A stretch of 25,692 nt of DNA from an uncultured Candidatus Saccharibacteria bacterium (lineage in GTDB: Bacteria > Patescibacteriota > Minisyncoccia > Minisyncoccales > PWPS01): contig CAYRME010000001.1 in NCBI GenBank assembly GCA_964425505.1, forward strand, positions 1 to 25,692, given 5' to 3'. Within the stretch, counting starts at the first letter, position 1; each line of letters begins with the position of its first letter. Positions 7,886 to 14,483 of the stretch are shown here, piece by piece. The translations under genes and the position numbers were made by a program. The notes under the pieces were generated by a model. The model had not been told where the DNA came from. It searched no databases and saw only the letters and a list, made by a program, of their open reading frames with translations.

Positions 7886-8164
7886 CGGCGGGAGTAAGGG
7901 AGTAGCACCTGATTGGGGTTCGGATGCTACTCCCTAAATTCGAACCCCTGGGTGTATTTTCACGATCCCGTAAAAGAGCGGTGGGTGCAGGATTCGAACC
8001 TGCAAGGGCTTGCGCCCGGCGGTTTTCAAGACCGCTGCCTTGCCAATTCGGCCAACCCACCGCCCTTTTACGGGATGCGTTACTAAAACCATTCTTGAAT
8101 GCAAGTCTCGTAAAATCCCTTTACGGGACAAGATCGCCCCGTTCGTCCGCTCCGGCATCCCGCC
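7886..8164 (-). pseudogene. Interrupted tRNA-Ser-like gene (outer frame) in three segments
   Basis: 5' half GGCGGGA-TG-CCGGAGCGGACGAACGG-G-GCGAT-CTTG (8164-8129); middle ATCGT...AGGGG-TTCGAAT (7966-7938); 3' end TCCCGCC-G (7893-7886) pairs perfectly with the 5' GGCGGGA. The variable arm and T-stem do not reconstruct cleanly. Confidence 0.7.
7979..8061 (-). tRNA. tRNA-Ser (anticodon TGA), nested in the outer interrupted tRNA
   Basis: Acceptor GGTGGGT/ACCCACC-G, anticodon arm gcggt-ctTGAaa-accgc, variable arm gggc-gcaa-gccc, T arm gcagg-ttcgaat-cctgc. Confidence 0.95.
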
Positions 8165-8175
8165 TAAATTAAATG

Positions 8176-8259
8176 CGGAGGAGGCGGGACTCGAACCCGC
8201 AAGCGGAGAACCGCTACGGATTAGCAATCCGCTGCCTTACCGATTCGGCGCACTCCTCC
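8176..8259 (-). tRNA. tRNA-Ser (anticodon GCT)
   Basis: Acceptor GGAGGAG/CTCCTCC-G, anticodon arm gcgga-ttGCTaa-tccgt, variable arm agcgg-ttct-ccgct, T arm gcggg-ttcgagt-cccgc. Confidence 0.93.
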
Positions 8260-8270
8260 TGTAATTTTTT

Positions 8271-8299
8271 ATTTTACCTTATTCTTCCCACCTTTTCAA
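8271..8299 (-). promoter_or_regulatory. Sigma70-type promoter for the tRNA-Ser cluster
   Basis: Minus strand TTGAAA-17 nt-TAAAAT ending 11 nt before tRNA-Ser(GCT). Confidence 0.6.
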
Positions 8300-8383
8300 T
8301 GCCCTTTTGTTCATTTCGGGACTGGATAGCAAGGTGATCTCTTTTAAAAAGCATCTTCTTTTATTATAATAAAGGAGTTTTAT

Positions 8384-8456
8384 GCGCCCGTAGCTCAGCG
8401 GATAGAGCGCTTCCCTGCGGAGGAAGAGGTCAGGGGTTCAAATCCTCTCGGGCGCA
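8384..8456 (+). tRNA. tRNA-Arg (anticodon GCG)
   Basis: Acceptor GCGCCCG/CGGGCGC-A, D arm gctcagcggatagagc, anticodon arm cttcc-ctGCGga-ggaag. Confidence 0.94.
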
Positions 8457-8503
8457 CAAATAATTGTCCTTCCACCTCTCCACCCCAAACTCAAAGATCA
8501 AAA

Positions 8504-8647
8504 ATCAAAGACCAAAATATTCTAATTTCCAAGCTCCAAACTTGTTTGGAAATTAAACAATTGGAAATTAAAATTTGTTTGGAAATTTATTACTTGGAAA
8601 TTGGAAATTACAAATACTTGTCATTTTGGCTTTTGCATTTTGCATTT
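8504..8647 (-). repeat. Repeat family A, inverted copy immediately upstream of recG
   Basis: 144/144 reverse complement of 900-1043. Confidence 0.96.
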
Positions 8648-8655
8648 ATATTAAT

Positions 8656-10752
8656 ATGAACTTTTCCACCCCCGTTTCCAAGGTACCGAATGTGGGACCT
8701 GTTTACGAAAAGAGGTTGAAGAAAATAGGGATAAGAACGGTGGGAGATCTTCTCTACCACTTTCCTTCCCATTACGAGGACCTCTCCCGAAAAACTTCCA
8801 TATCCTCCATTTTTCATGATGGCAAATATACTGTTGAAGGAGAGGTGGAGAAGGCGGAATCGGGAAGAACTCCTCGAAGAAGGATCCCTTTTTCGGAGAT
8901 CCTGTTGCGAGATGAGACGGGAGAGATGAAGATAGTTTTCTTTAATCAACCCTATCTTGCAAAGAACTTAAAAGAAGGAGAAAAACTCCTTGTTTCGGGG
9001 AAGGTTTATCATTCCAAGGAAGGCCTGCAATTCATGAACCCTTATTACGAAAAAGTGGAAAAGAATTCCGGCGGGCTTGGAATAATTCCCGTGTACCGTG
9101 AAACGAGAGGAGTGAATTCTAAATGGCTGCGTTCGGTGATAAAACCACTCTTGGAAAACACAACCCCCAGGATCGAAGATACTCTCCCTCTTGAGATCAT
9201 TCAAGAGAAAGAACTTTACTCTCTTTCTAGCGCTTTGAGTGAAATTCACTTTCCTTCTTCAATGAGATCCTTGCAAAAGGCAAAGGAGAGATTTTCTTTC
9301 GAAAGAATTCTTCTTCTTCAGTTGTTCCTCTTAAAGCAAAAAACGAACCTTTCCCGGAAAAAAGGTATCCCCATAGAAGTGGAAATAGAAGAGGTTCGGG
9401 ATCTTGTCTCCGTCCTTCCTTTTGATCTTACTCAGGCCCAAAGAAAAGCTGCTTGGCAGATAGTAAAGGACCTTGAAAAAGAAGTGCCTATGAATAGGCT
9501 CCTTGAAGGGGATGTGGGGTCCGGAAAGACGGTAGTGGCCGTGATAGCTGCTCTCGCGGCGATAAAAAGCGGGTATCAGGTGGCCTTCATGGCTCCCACA
9601 GAAGTTCTTTCCAAGCAACACTTCGATGAAGTGGCGAAACTCCTTTGGAAATTCAAAGCGGACATCGGACTCTTAACGGGAAAGAAGGACAAGATGAGAT
9701 CGCAAAAATTAAAAGGAGATACATTGGAGGTATCAAGGAATAAACTTATCGAAAAGACCCGAAAAGGAGAGGTGGACCTCTTAGTGGGAACTCATGCTCT
9801 TATTCAGGACAAGGTAAAATTCAAGGATCTGGCGCTCGTTATTTTGGATGAACAGCATCGCTTTGGAGTGGAGCAAAGATCAAAATTATGCTTGAAAGAT
9901 GACGATCGCATTCCTCACTTACTTTCCATGACGGCAACTCCTATTCCCAGAACTCTTACACTAACTCTTTACGGGGACCTTGATCTTTCCGTTATAGATG
10001 AAATGCCTCAAGGAAGAAAGAAGACCGTAACTCGTCTTGTTCCTCCTCAAAAAAGAGAAAAAGCTTATGAGTTCATTAAAAAAGAATTGAGAGCGGGCCG
10101 GCAAGCATTCTTTATATGCCCGCGCATCGAGGAATCCGAAAAAGAAGAAGATTCTCCGTGGAAAGGAGTAAAATCGGTGCGAGAAGAAAAAGAGAGACTT
10201 GAAAGAGAGGTGTTTTCGGAATTCCGCGTAGAACTTTTGCACGGAAAAATGAGTTCTACCGAAAAAGAGGGGATCATGAAGAATTTTAGAGACGGGGAGA
10301 TAGATGTCCTTGTCTCCACTTCGGTTGTGGAGGTGGGCGTGGATATCAAGAACGCGAGCGTTATGGTCATCGAGGGAGCGGAGATGTTCGGGTTGTCTCA
10401 GCTTCATCAGTTCCGAGGAAGAGTGGGGAGAGGAGATTTTCAATCCTATTGCTTTCTCTTTACCGATTCAAGGAGCAAGAAGACCAGACAGAGATTAAAA
10501 GCTTTGGTGCAATCTGATAACGGATTCGATCTTGCCGAAAAGGATCTTCAAATACGTGGTCCGGGAGATTTCGTGGGAAAAAGGCAGTGGGGAACCCCGG
10601 ACTTTACTATGGATGCTTTGACTGACAAGGAAATGGTTGAAGATGCAAAGAATACAGCAAAGGATTTTCTTTCAAGGGATCCCGAATTGAATCAATATCC
10701 CATCTTAAAGAGAAGAGTTGCCGCTCTTGAGAAGAAGTTTCACCTGGAGTAG
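8656..10752 (+). CDS. recG: ATP-dependent DNA helicase RecG
   Basis: N-terminal wedge/OB region (DLLYHFPSHYED), EGDVGSGKT, DEQHRFG, MTATPIPR, QLHQFRGRVGRG, DLQIRGPG. True start is the ATG at 8656; the ORF-track extension lies inside repeat A. Confidence 0.96.
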   Translation: MNFSTPVSKVPNVGPVYEKRLKKIGIRTVGDLLYHFPSHYEDLSRKTSISSIFHDGKYTVEGEVEKAESGRTPRRRIPFSEILLRDETGEMKIVFFNQPYLAKNLKEGEKLLVSGKVYHSKEGLQFMNPYYEKVEKNSGGLGIIPVYRETRGVNSKWLRSVIKPLLENTTPRIEDTLPLEIIQEKELYSLSSALSEIHFPSSMRSLQKAKERFSFERILLLQLFLLKQKTNLSRKKGIPIEVEIEEVRDLVSVLPFDLTQAQRKAAWQIVKDLEKEVPMNRLLEGDVGSGKTVVAVIAALAAIKSGYQVAFMAPTEVLSKQHFDEVAKLLWKFKADIGLLTGKKDKMRSQKLKGDTLEVSRNKLIEKTRKGEVDLLVGTHALIQDKVKFKDLALVILDEQHRFGVEQRSKLCLKDDDRIPHLLSMTATPIPRTLTLTLYGDLDLSVIDEMPQGRKKTVTRLVPPQKREKAYEFIKKELRAGRQAFFICPRIEESEKEEDSPWKGVKSVREEKERLEREVFSEFRVELLHGKMSSTEKEGIMKNFRDGEIDVLVSTSVVEVGVDIKNASVMVIEGAEMFGLSQLHQFRGRVGRGDFQSYCFLFTDSRSKKTRQRLKALVQSDNGFDLAEKDLQIRGPGDFVGKRQWGTPDFTMDALTDKEMVEDAKNTAKDFLSRDPELNQYPILKRRVAALEKKFHLE

Positions 10753-10776
10753 CCCCACCACAACCCCGCCTCCTTG

Positions 10777-10846
10777 ATTTTCAATTCTCAATTCTACCTA
10801 CTTCGCTGAAATAAATTTCAGCTACGAAGGTCGAGGCAATTTTCAA
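10777..10846 (+). repeat. Repeat family B, copy 2
   Basis: 67/70 identical to 3745-3814, same hairpin at 10801-10829. Confidence 0.92.
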
Positions 10847-10869
10847 ATCCACCCCATCCCAAGGGGAAA

Positions 10870-10969
10870 TTACAAATCACAAATAACAAACTACAAATAA
10901 ATCTCAATGACCGAAGGACCAAATCCACCACCGTTCCGCCGGAAATTTGTAGTCCGCCGCCACCGCCAC
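10870..10969 (+). repeat. 7-mer tract plus repeat family C, copy 1
   Basis: ttacaaa-tcacaaa-taacaaa-ctacaaa at 10870-10897; caccaccgttccgccggaaatttgtag (10926-10952) and tccgccgccaccgccac (10953-10969) recur at 11767-11793 and 11824-11840. Confidence 0.88.
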
Positions 10970-11081
10970 TAAAGATGCTCATGAATATTTTGTGGTTCTA
11001 ATATTTATATCTTTGCATTTTGCATCTTGAATTTTATGATAGGGTATAAAACCTAGTTTTAACTAAGTTCGGTATTTTATT

Positions 11082-11729
11082 ATGTTTTCCATAAAAGAAG
11101 CTTTGAAGTTCGGATGGGAGAAGGTCAAGAACGACCTTGGCTTTTTTTTGGCCCTCATGTTCGTGGTTCTTCTTATATACTTCATTCCTGCTACTGTATC
11201 ATTTCTTTTGACGGAGCAAGGATTCGTATGGACCTCTCTGGGGATCGATGTCATCAGTTTTGTTTTGACTGCCATAGTGGGCCTGGGGCTCGTTAGAATC
11301 GCCTTGAATTTTTACAAAGGAGAGGAAAGTCACATAGAGACTTTGGTATCTTGTTATCACCTCTTCCCAAAGTACTTTCTTGCCTTTATTATTTATATTT
11401 TGGCGGTGGGTTTCGGGCTTTTTCTTTTCATTATCCCTGGGATATATATTTCTTTAAGGCTCTGGTTCTTTGACTATTTTCTTGTGGACGAGGAGTGCGG
11501 AGCCGTGGAATCCCTAAAGAAAAGTTTTGGTGCTACCAAGGGAAATGTACTGAAGCTTCTCCTTTTTCTCCTAATAGCGGGTCTTGTGAATCTTGTAGGA
11601 GCTCTGGTGCTTCTTGTGGGGCTTTTTGTTACCATTCCCTTGACCATATTGGCCACCGCTTTTGTGTACAAAGAGATCTCCGGGAGCGATAACGATGACC
11701 ATGACCATGACCATGATGATGAATCTTAA
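11082..11729 (+). CDS. Multi-pass membrane protein, DUF975-like
   Basis: Several hydrophobic helices, GLFLFIIPGIYISLRLWF and ESLKKSFGATKGN motifs; C-terminal DHDHDH tail from a hexamer repeat. Confidence 0.7.
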   Translation: MFSIKEALKFGWEKVKNDLGFFLALMFVVLLIYFIPATVSFLLTEQGFVWTSLGIDVISFVLTAIVGLGLVRIALNFYKGEESHIETLVSCYHLFPKYFLAFIIYILAVGFGLFLFIIPGIYISLRLWFFDYFLVDEECGAVESLKKSFGATKGNVLKLLLFLLIAGLVNLVGALVLLVGLFVTIPLTILATAFVYKEISGSDNDDHDHDHDDES

Positions 11730-11766
11730 AAAAAAGGGGGGGGTCTCAAACAACAAGCTCCAAATT

Positions 11767-11907
11767 CACCACCGTTCCGCCGGAAATTTGTAGAAATTTA
11801 TTGAAATTGATAGAAATTTGTCGTCCGCCGCCACCGCCACCGCCGAAGATATTCATGGTTACGAACTACAAACTAAAAGTTACAAACTATAAACTGCAAA
11901 CTAATTA
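11767..11907 (+). repeat. Repeat family C, copy 2 (with 30-nt internal insert), plus 7-mer tract
   Basis: Both C blocks as at 10926-10969; seven 7-mers ttacgaa-ctacaaa-ctaaaag-ttacaaa-ctataaa-ctgcaaa-ctaatta at 11859-11907. Confidence 0.88.
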
Positions 11908-11968
11908 ATATTTGATAATTTCTCTCAAAACAGTTATTATCTCTAGAAGGTAATTCTTACCTCATTCT

Positions 11969-13024
11969 ATGATAAATCTTCCCTTTTTCTCCAAAAAACC
12001 GGGTAATTTCTTGGGCGTTGATATAGGAACCTCCTCCGTGAAAGTAGTGGAGCTTTCCGGGCGGGAAGATGATCTTACTCTGGAGAACTATGGGGAAGTT
12101 TTTATGAGAGAATTTCTTGGGGAGAGTGAGAAGAAAGAAAAGGAGGGCAACCTACCCTTTTCAAGCGAAGAAATAGCGAACGCCCTCTCCACTCTCCTTG
12201 ATGAAGCGGGGATAGGAACCAGGAGAGCCTATTTCTCTCTTCCGGACTTTGTTAGTTTTTTCACTCCTCTGAAATTGCCGCCCATGAAAGAAGAGGAGAT
12301 AGATTCCGCGGTGGAGCACCACTCGAGACAATACATTCCTCTTCCTATTTCCGAGGTCGCTTTGGATTGGTTCTTGGCGGAAAAGCGAGAAGAAAAAAAA
12401 GAAGTAAAGGTTAATCTCATAGCGATCCCCAATGAGGTCATAGAACAGTATCAAAAAATAGCGAGTCTTGCCGAGATGGAGGTTGTTGCTCTGGAAGGAG
12501 AGATGCTCTCTTTGTCGAGAGCTTTCACTCGTCAAAGGGAAGGCGTAACAGCGATCATCGATATGGGAGAACAAAGTACACTTCTTTCCGTTGTGGAGAA
12601 CGGGGTATTAAAAACCACCCATAGCCTCGAGATAGCGGGGAATTCCTTTATTGGTCAAATTGCAAAGAAAGCGAGTATTGATTATAATCAAGCAAGGGGC
12701 ATAGTGACGAGTTACGGGGTGAAGGAAGATGTGGTAAAGAGAGTGATGAGCAATACTTCTCAGTCTCTGTTTTCCGAGGTCGATCGTGTACTGAACTCTT
12801 TTGAAAAGAAACAGAAAAAGGAGGTGAACGAAGTTATTATGGCGGGAGGAATGTCCTTGGTCCCGGGAATGGTGGAGTATGCAAGAGATAACATGACAAG
12901 AGAGGTGAGAGTGAGCAATTGTTTTGAGGGCATAAGCTATCCCTCGGAACTGGAAGATAAGATGAAGAGTTTGAGTCAATCCCATGCTATTTCTTTGGGA
13001 GCCGCATTAAATGAAATAACGTAA
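11969..13024 (+). CDS. pilM: Type IV pilus assembly protein PilM (actin-like)
   Basis: LGVDIGTSSVKVVEL, IIDMGEQST, VIMAGGMS, AISLGAAL; first gene of a pilMNO block. Confidence 0.92.
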   Translation: MINLPFFSKKPGNFLGVDIGTSSVKVVELSGREDDLTLENYGEVFMREFLGESEKKEKEGNLPFSSEEIANALSTLLDEAGIGTRRAYFSLPDFVSFFTPLKLPPMKEEEIDSAVEHHSRQYIPLPISEVALDWFLAEKREEKKEVKVNLIAIPNEVIEQYQKIASLAEMEVVALEGEMLSLSRAFTRQREGVTAIIDMGEQSTLLSVVENGVLKTTHSLEIAGNSFIGQIAKKASIDYNQARGIVTSYGVKEDVVKRVMSNTSQSLFSEVDRVLNSFEKKQKKEVNEVIMAGGMSLVPGMVEYARDNMTREVRVSNCFEGISYPSELEDKMKSLSQSHAISLGAALNEIT

Positions 13025-13037
13025 TAACTTTTCCTTT

Positions 13038-13616
13038 ATGGCCATTAAGGTGGGAGAGGAACAAAAAAAGAAACAGGGGAAGGGCAAAGAAGTTCCTCAA
13101 AGTTTGGATATTTTTCTTCCCGTCACCCTCATTCTACTCCTTCTCATGGGAGGCGCTTACTTTTTTGTCCTCTCTTTGGAGTCGCAAGCCAAAGAAGAAA
13201 AGGAGGAATTGGAAAGAATGATAGAGGTAAAAGAGGAAGAGATTCCCGAGGAGACTGAAGAGAGGGTTGAGAGGTACAGTGATCTCTTTAACGATTTTAA
13301 GACAGTTGTGGAACGCCATCATGTTGCTTCTCCCTTCTTTGAGCCGCTTGAAAGGAGGATGCATTCTCGTGTGGAGATCAATATTCTAGATCTTGATCTT
13401 GAGAACAATGAACTTTCTTTGTCCGGAGAAGGGGAGGGCTTTGTGGCAGTGGGACAGCAGTTTCATGCTCTTAAAGATGCAGATTTCATAAAAGAAATAG
13501 ATCTTAGCAATCTTGAGCTTGTCAAGGCAGAAGAAGGCCCTGATCACATTAACTTTTCCTTTGAAGGAAGGGTAAAACCAGAGCTTATTAAATTCATTAC
13601 CGAAGAAGATGATTAA
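13038..13616 (+). CDS. pilN: PilN-like alignment protein
   Basis: Single N-terminal TM, coiled coil, ferredoxin-like end (LSLSGEG...INFSFEG); position after pilM. Confidence 0.72.
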   Translation: MAIKVGEEQKKKQGKGKEVPQSLDIFLPVTLILLLLMGGAYFFVLSLESQAKEEKEELERMIEVKEEEIPEETEERVERYSDLFNDFKTVVERHHVASPFFEPLERRMHSRVEINILDLDLENNELSLSGEGEGFVAVGQQFHALKDADFIKEIDLSNLELVKAEEGPDHINFSFEGRVKPELIKFITEEDD

Positions 13617-14193
13617 ACTTATTCTCACCATTGTATTCTTTGTCTCTTTTGTAGCGGGAGGATTATACCTTGTGCATCCGGTATATGAGGATTATGTTCT
13701 CCAAGAAGAGGAAAATGAGGCCCTCCAAGAAGAGCTTGACAGTATAGAGAACTATATAGAGGAATTAGAAGCTCTGGAAGAAAGAGCGGAAGAAGAGGAA
13801 GAGGATATTGAAGTACTGGAAAGTGCTTTCCCGGAAGATCACGATACTCCTTCTTTGTTTCTTTACTTAAAAGAAGTGGCGGAAAATAATAACTTATCGG
13901 TTGGAAGCGGGTTTGGTAGTTTTTCCGTGGAGCCCTATGTAGAATTATCTGATGATGAGGAGGCGGAAGGAGAGGAGCATTCTCGAATAAAAGAAATCAG
14001 TTTTGATATAACGATCAGCGGTGATTATGAGGATATAAAGAATTTCTTTGATGATATAGAAAAAGTCGCAAGGCTTATCAGAGTGGATGAAGTAAGTATT
14101 TCCTACGGGGAAGGGGATCCTTTCATGACAGGAGATGAGACCGAAGAGGATGAATTTGATGCTACTATACAAGCAAGTACTTATTCTTATTAA
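13609..14193 (+). CDS. pilO: PilO-like alignment protein
   Basis: N-terminal TM, coiled coil, AFPEDHDTPSLFLYL, ISGDYEDIKNFFDDIEKVARLIRVDEVSI. Confidence 0.85.
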   Translation: MIKLILTIVFFVSFVAGGLYLVHPVYEDYVLQEEENEALQEELDSIENYIEELEALEERAEEEEEDIEVLESAFPEDHDTPSLFLYLKEVAENNNLSVGSGFGSFSVEPYVELSDDEEAEGEEHSRIKEISFDITISGDYEDIKNFFDDIEKVARLIRVDEVSISYGEGDPFMTGDETEEDEFDATIQASTYSY

Positions 14194-14199
14194 ATTCTT

Positions 14200-14475
14200 A
14201 TGAGTCCCGAAACGAACAAGACGGAAAAGGCGAACAAGCAAGTTGTCATTATTGGCACCATTCTCGTTTTGGGAGCCATAGGGTTTCTTGCTTGGAAATT
14301 CTTTTTGGATGAACCTCAGCACGATGTCCCTCCTGTTCCTGCCACGAGAACCGCTCCCACTTTGGATTTTGAGTATCTTGAGAGCGATGAATTCGAATAT
14401 TTCGAAGAATATGAGAGCATAGATCCTCCCGAAGAAGGAGACTTGGGACGTGACAATCCTTTCCTTCCTTATTGA
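14200..14475 (+). CDS. Small single-TM protein at the pilP position, ending in GRDNPF
   Basis: One hydrophobic helix, Pro/acidic linker, terminal GRDNPFLPY; between pilO and pilB. Confidence 0.7.
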   Translation: MSPETNKTEKANKQVVIIGTILVLGAIGFLAWKFFLDEPQHDVPPVPATRTAPTLDFEYLESDEFEYFEEYESIDPPEEGDLGRDNPFLPY

Positions 14476-14483
14476 ATCTCTTT

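Noticed and set aside
7979-8061. Opal suppressor or selenocysteine tRNA
   Set aside because: Anticodon TGA reads UCA (Ser); a UGA reader would have TCA. The acceptor stem is the normal 7 bp.
7967-8128. Group I or group II intron in the outer tRNA
   Set aside because: The insert is 162 nt, half of it a tRNA, and I see no catalytic core motifs.
7797-8264. Four ORFs predicted across the tRNA cluster
   Set aside because: They are translations of tRNA sequence with no protein features.
2963-8456. Absence of encoded CCA on all five intact tRNAs
   Set aside because: Common in many bacteria with a CCA-adding enzyme; not unusual by itself.
8575-8655. 27-aa N-terminal extension of RecG
   Set aside because: It begins at a TTG inside inverted repeat A; the ATG at 8656 matches normal RecG starts.
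11728-11743. A8-G8 homopolymer as a phase-variation switch
   Set aside because: It lies at and after a stop codon, not in a coding frame or promoter spacer.
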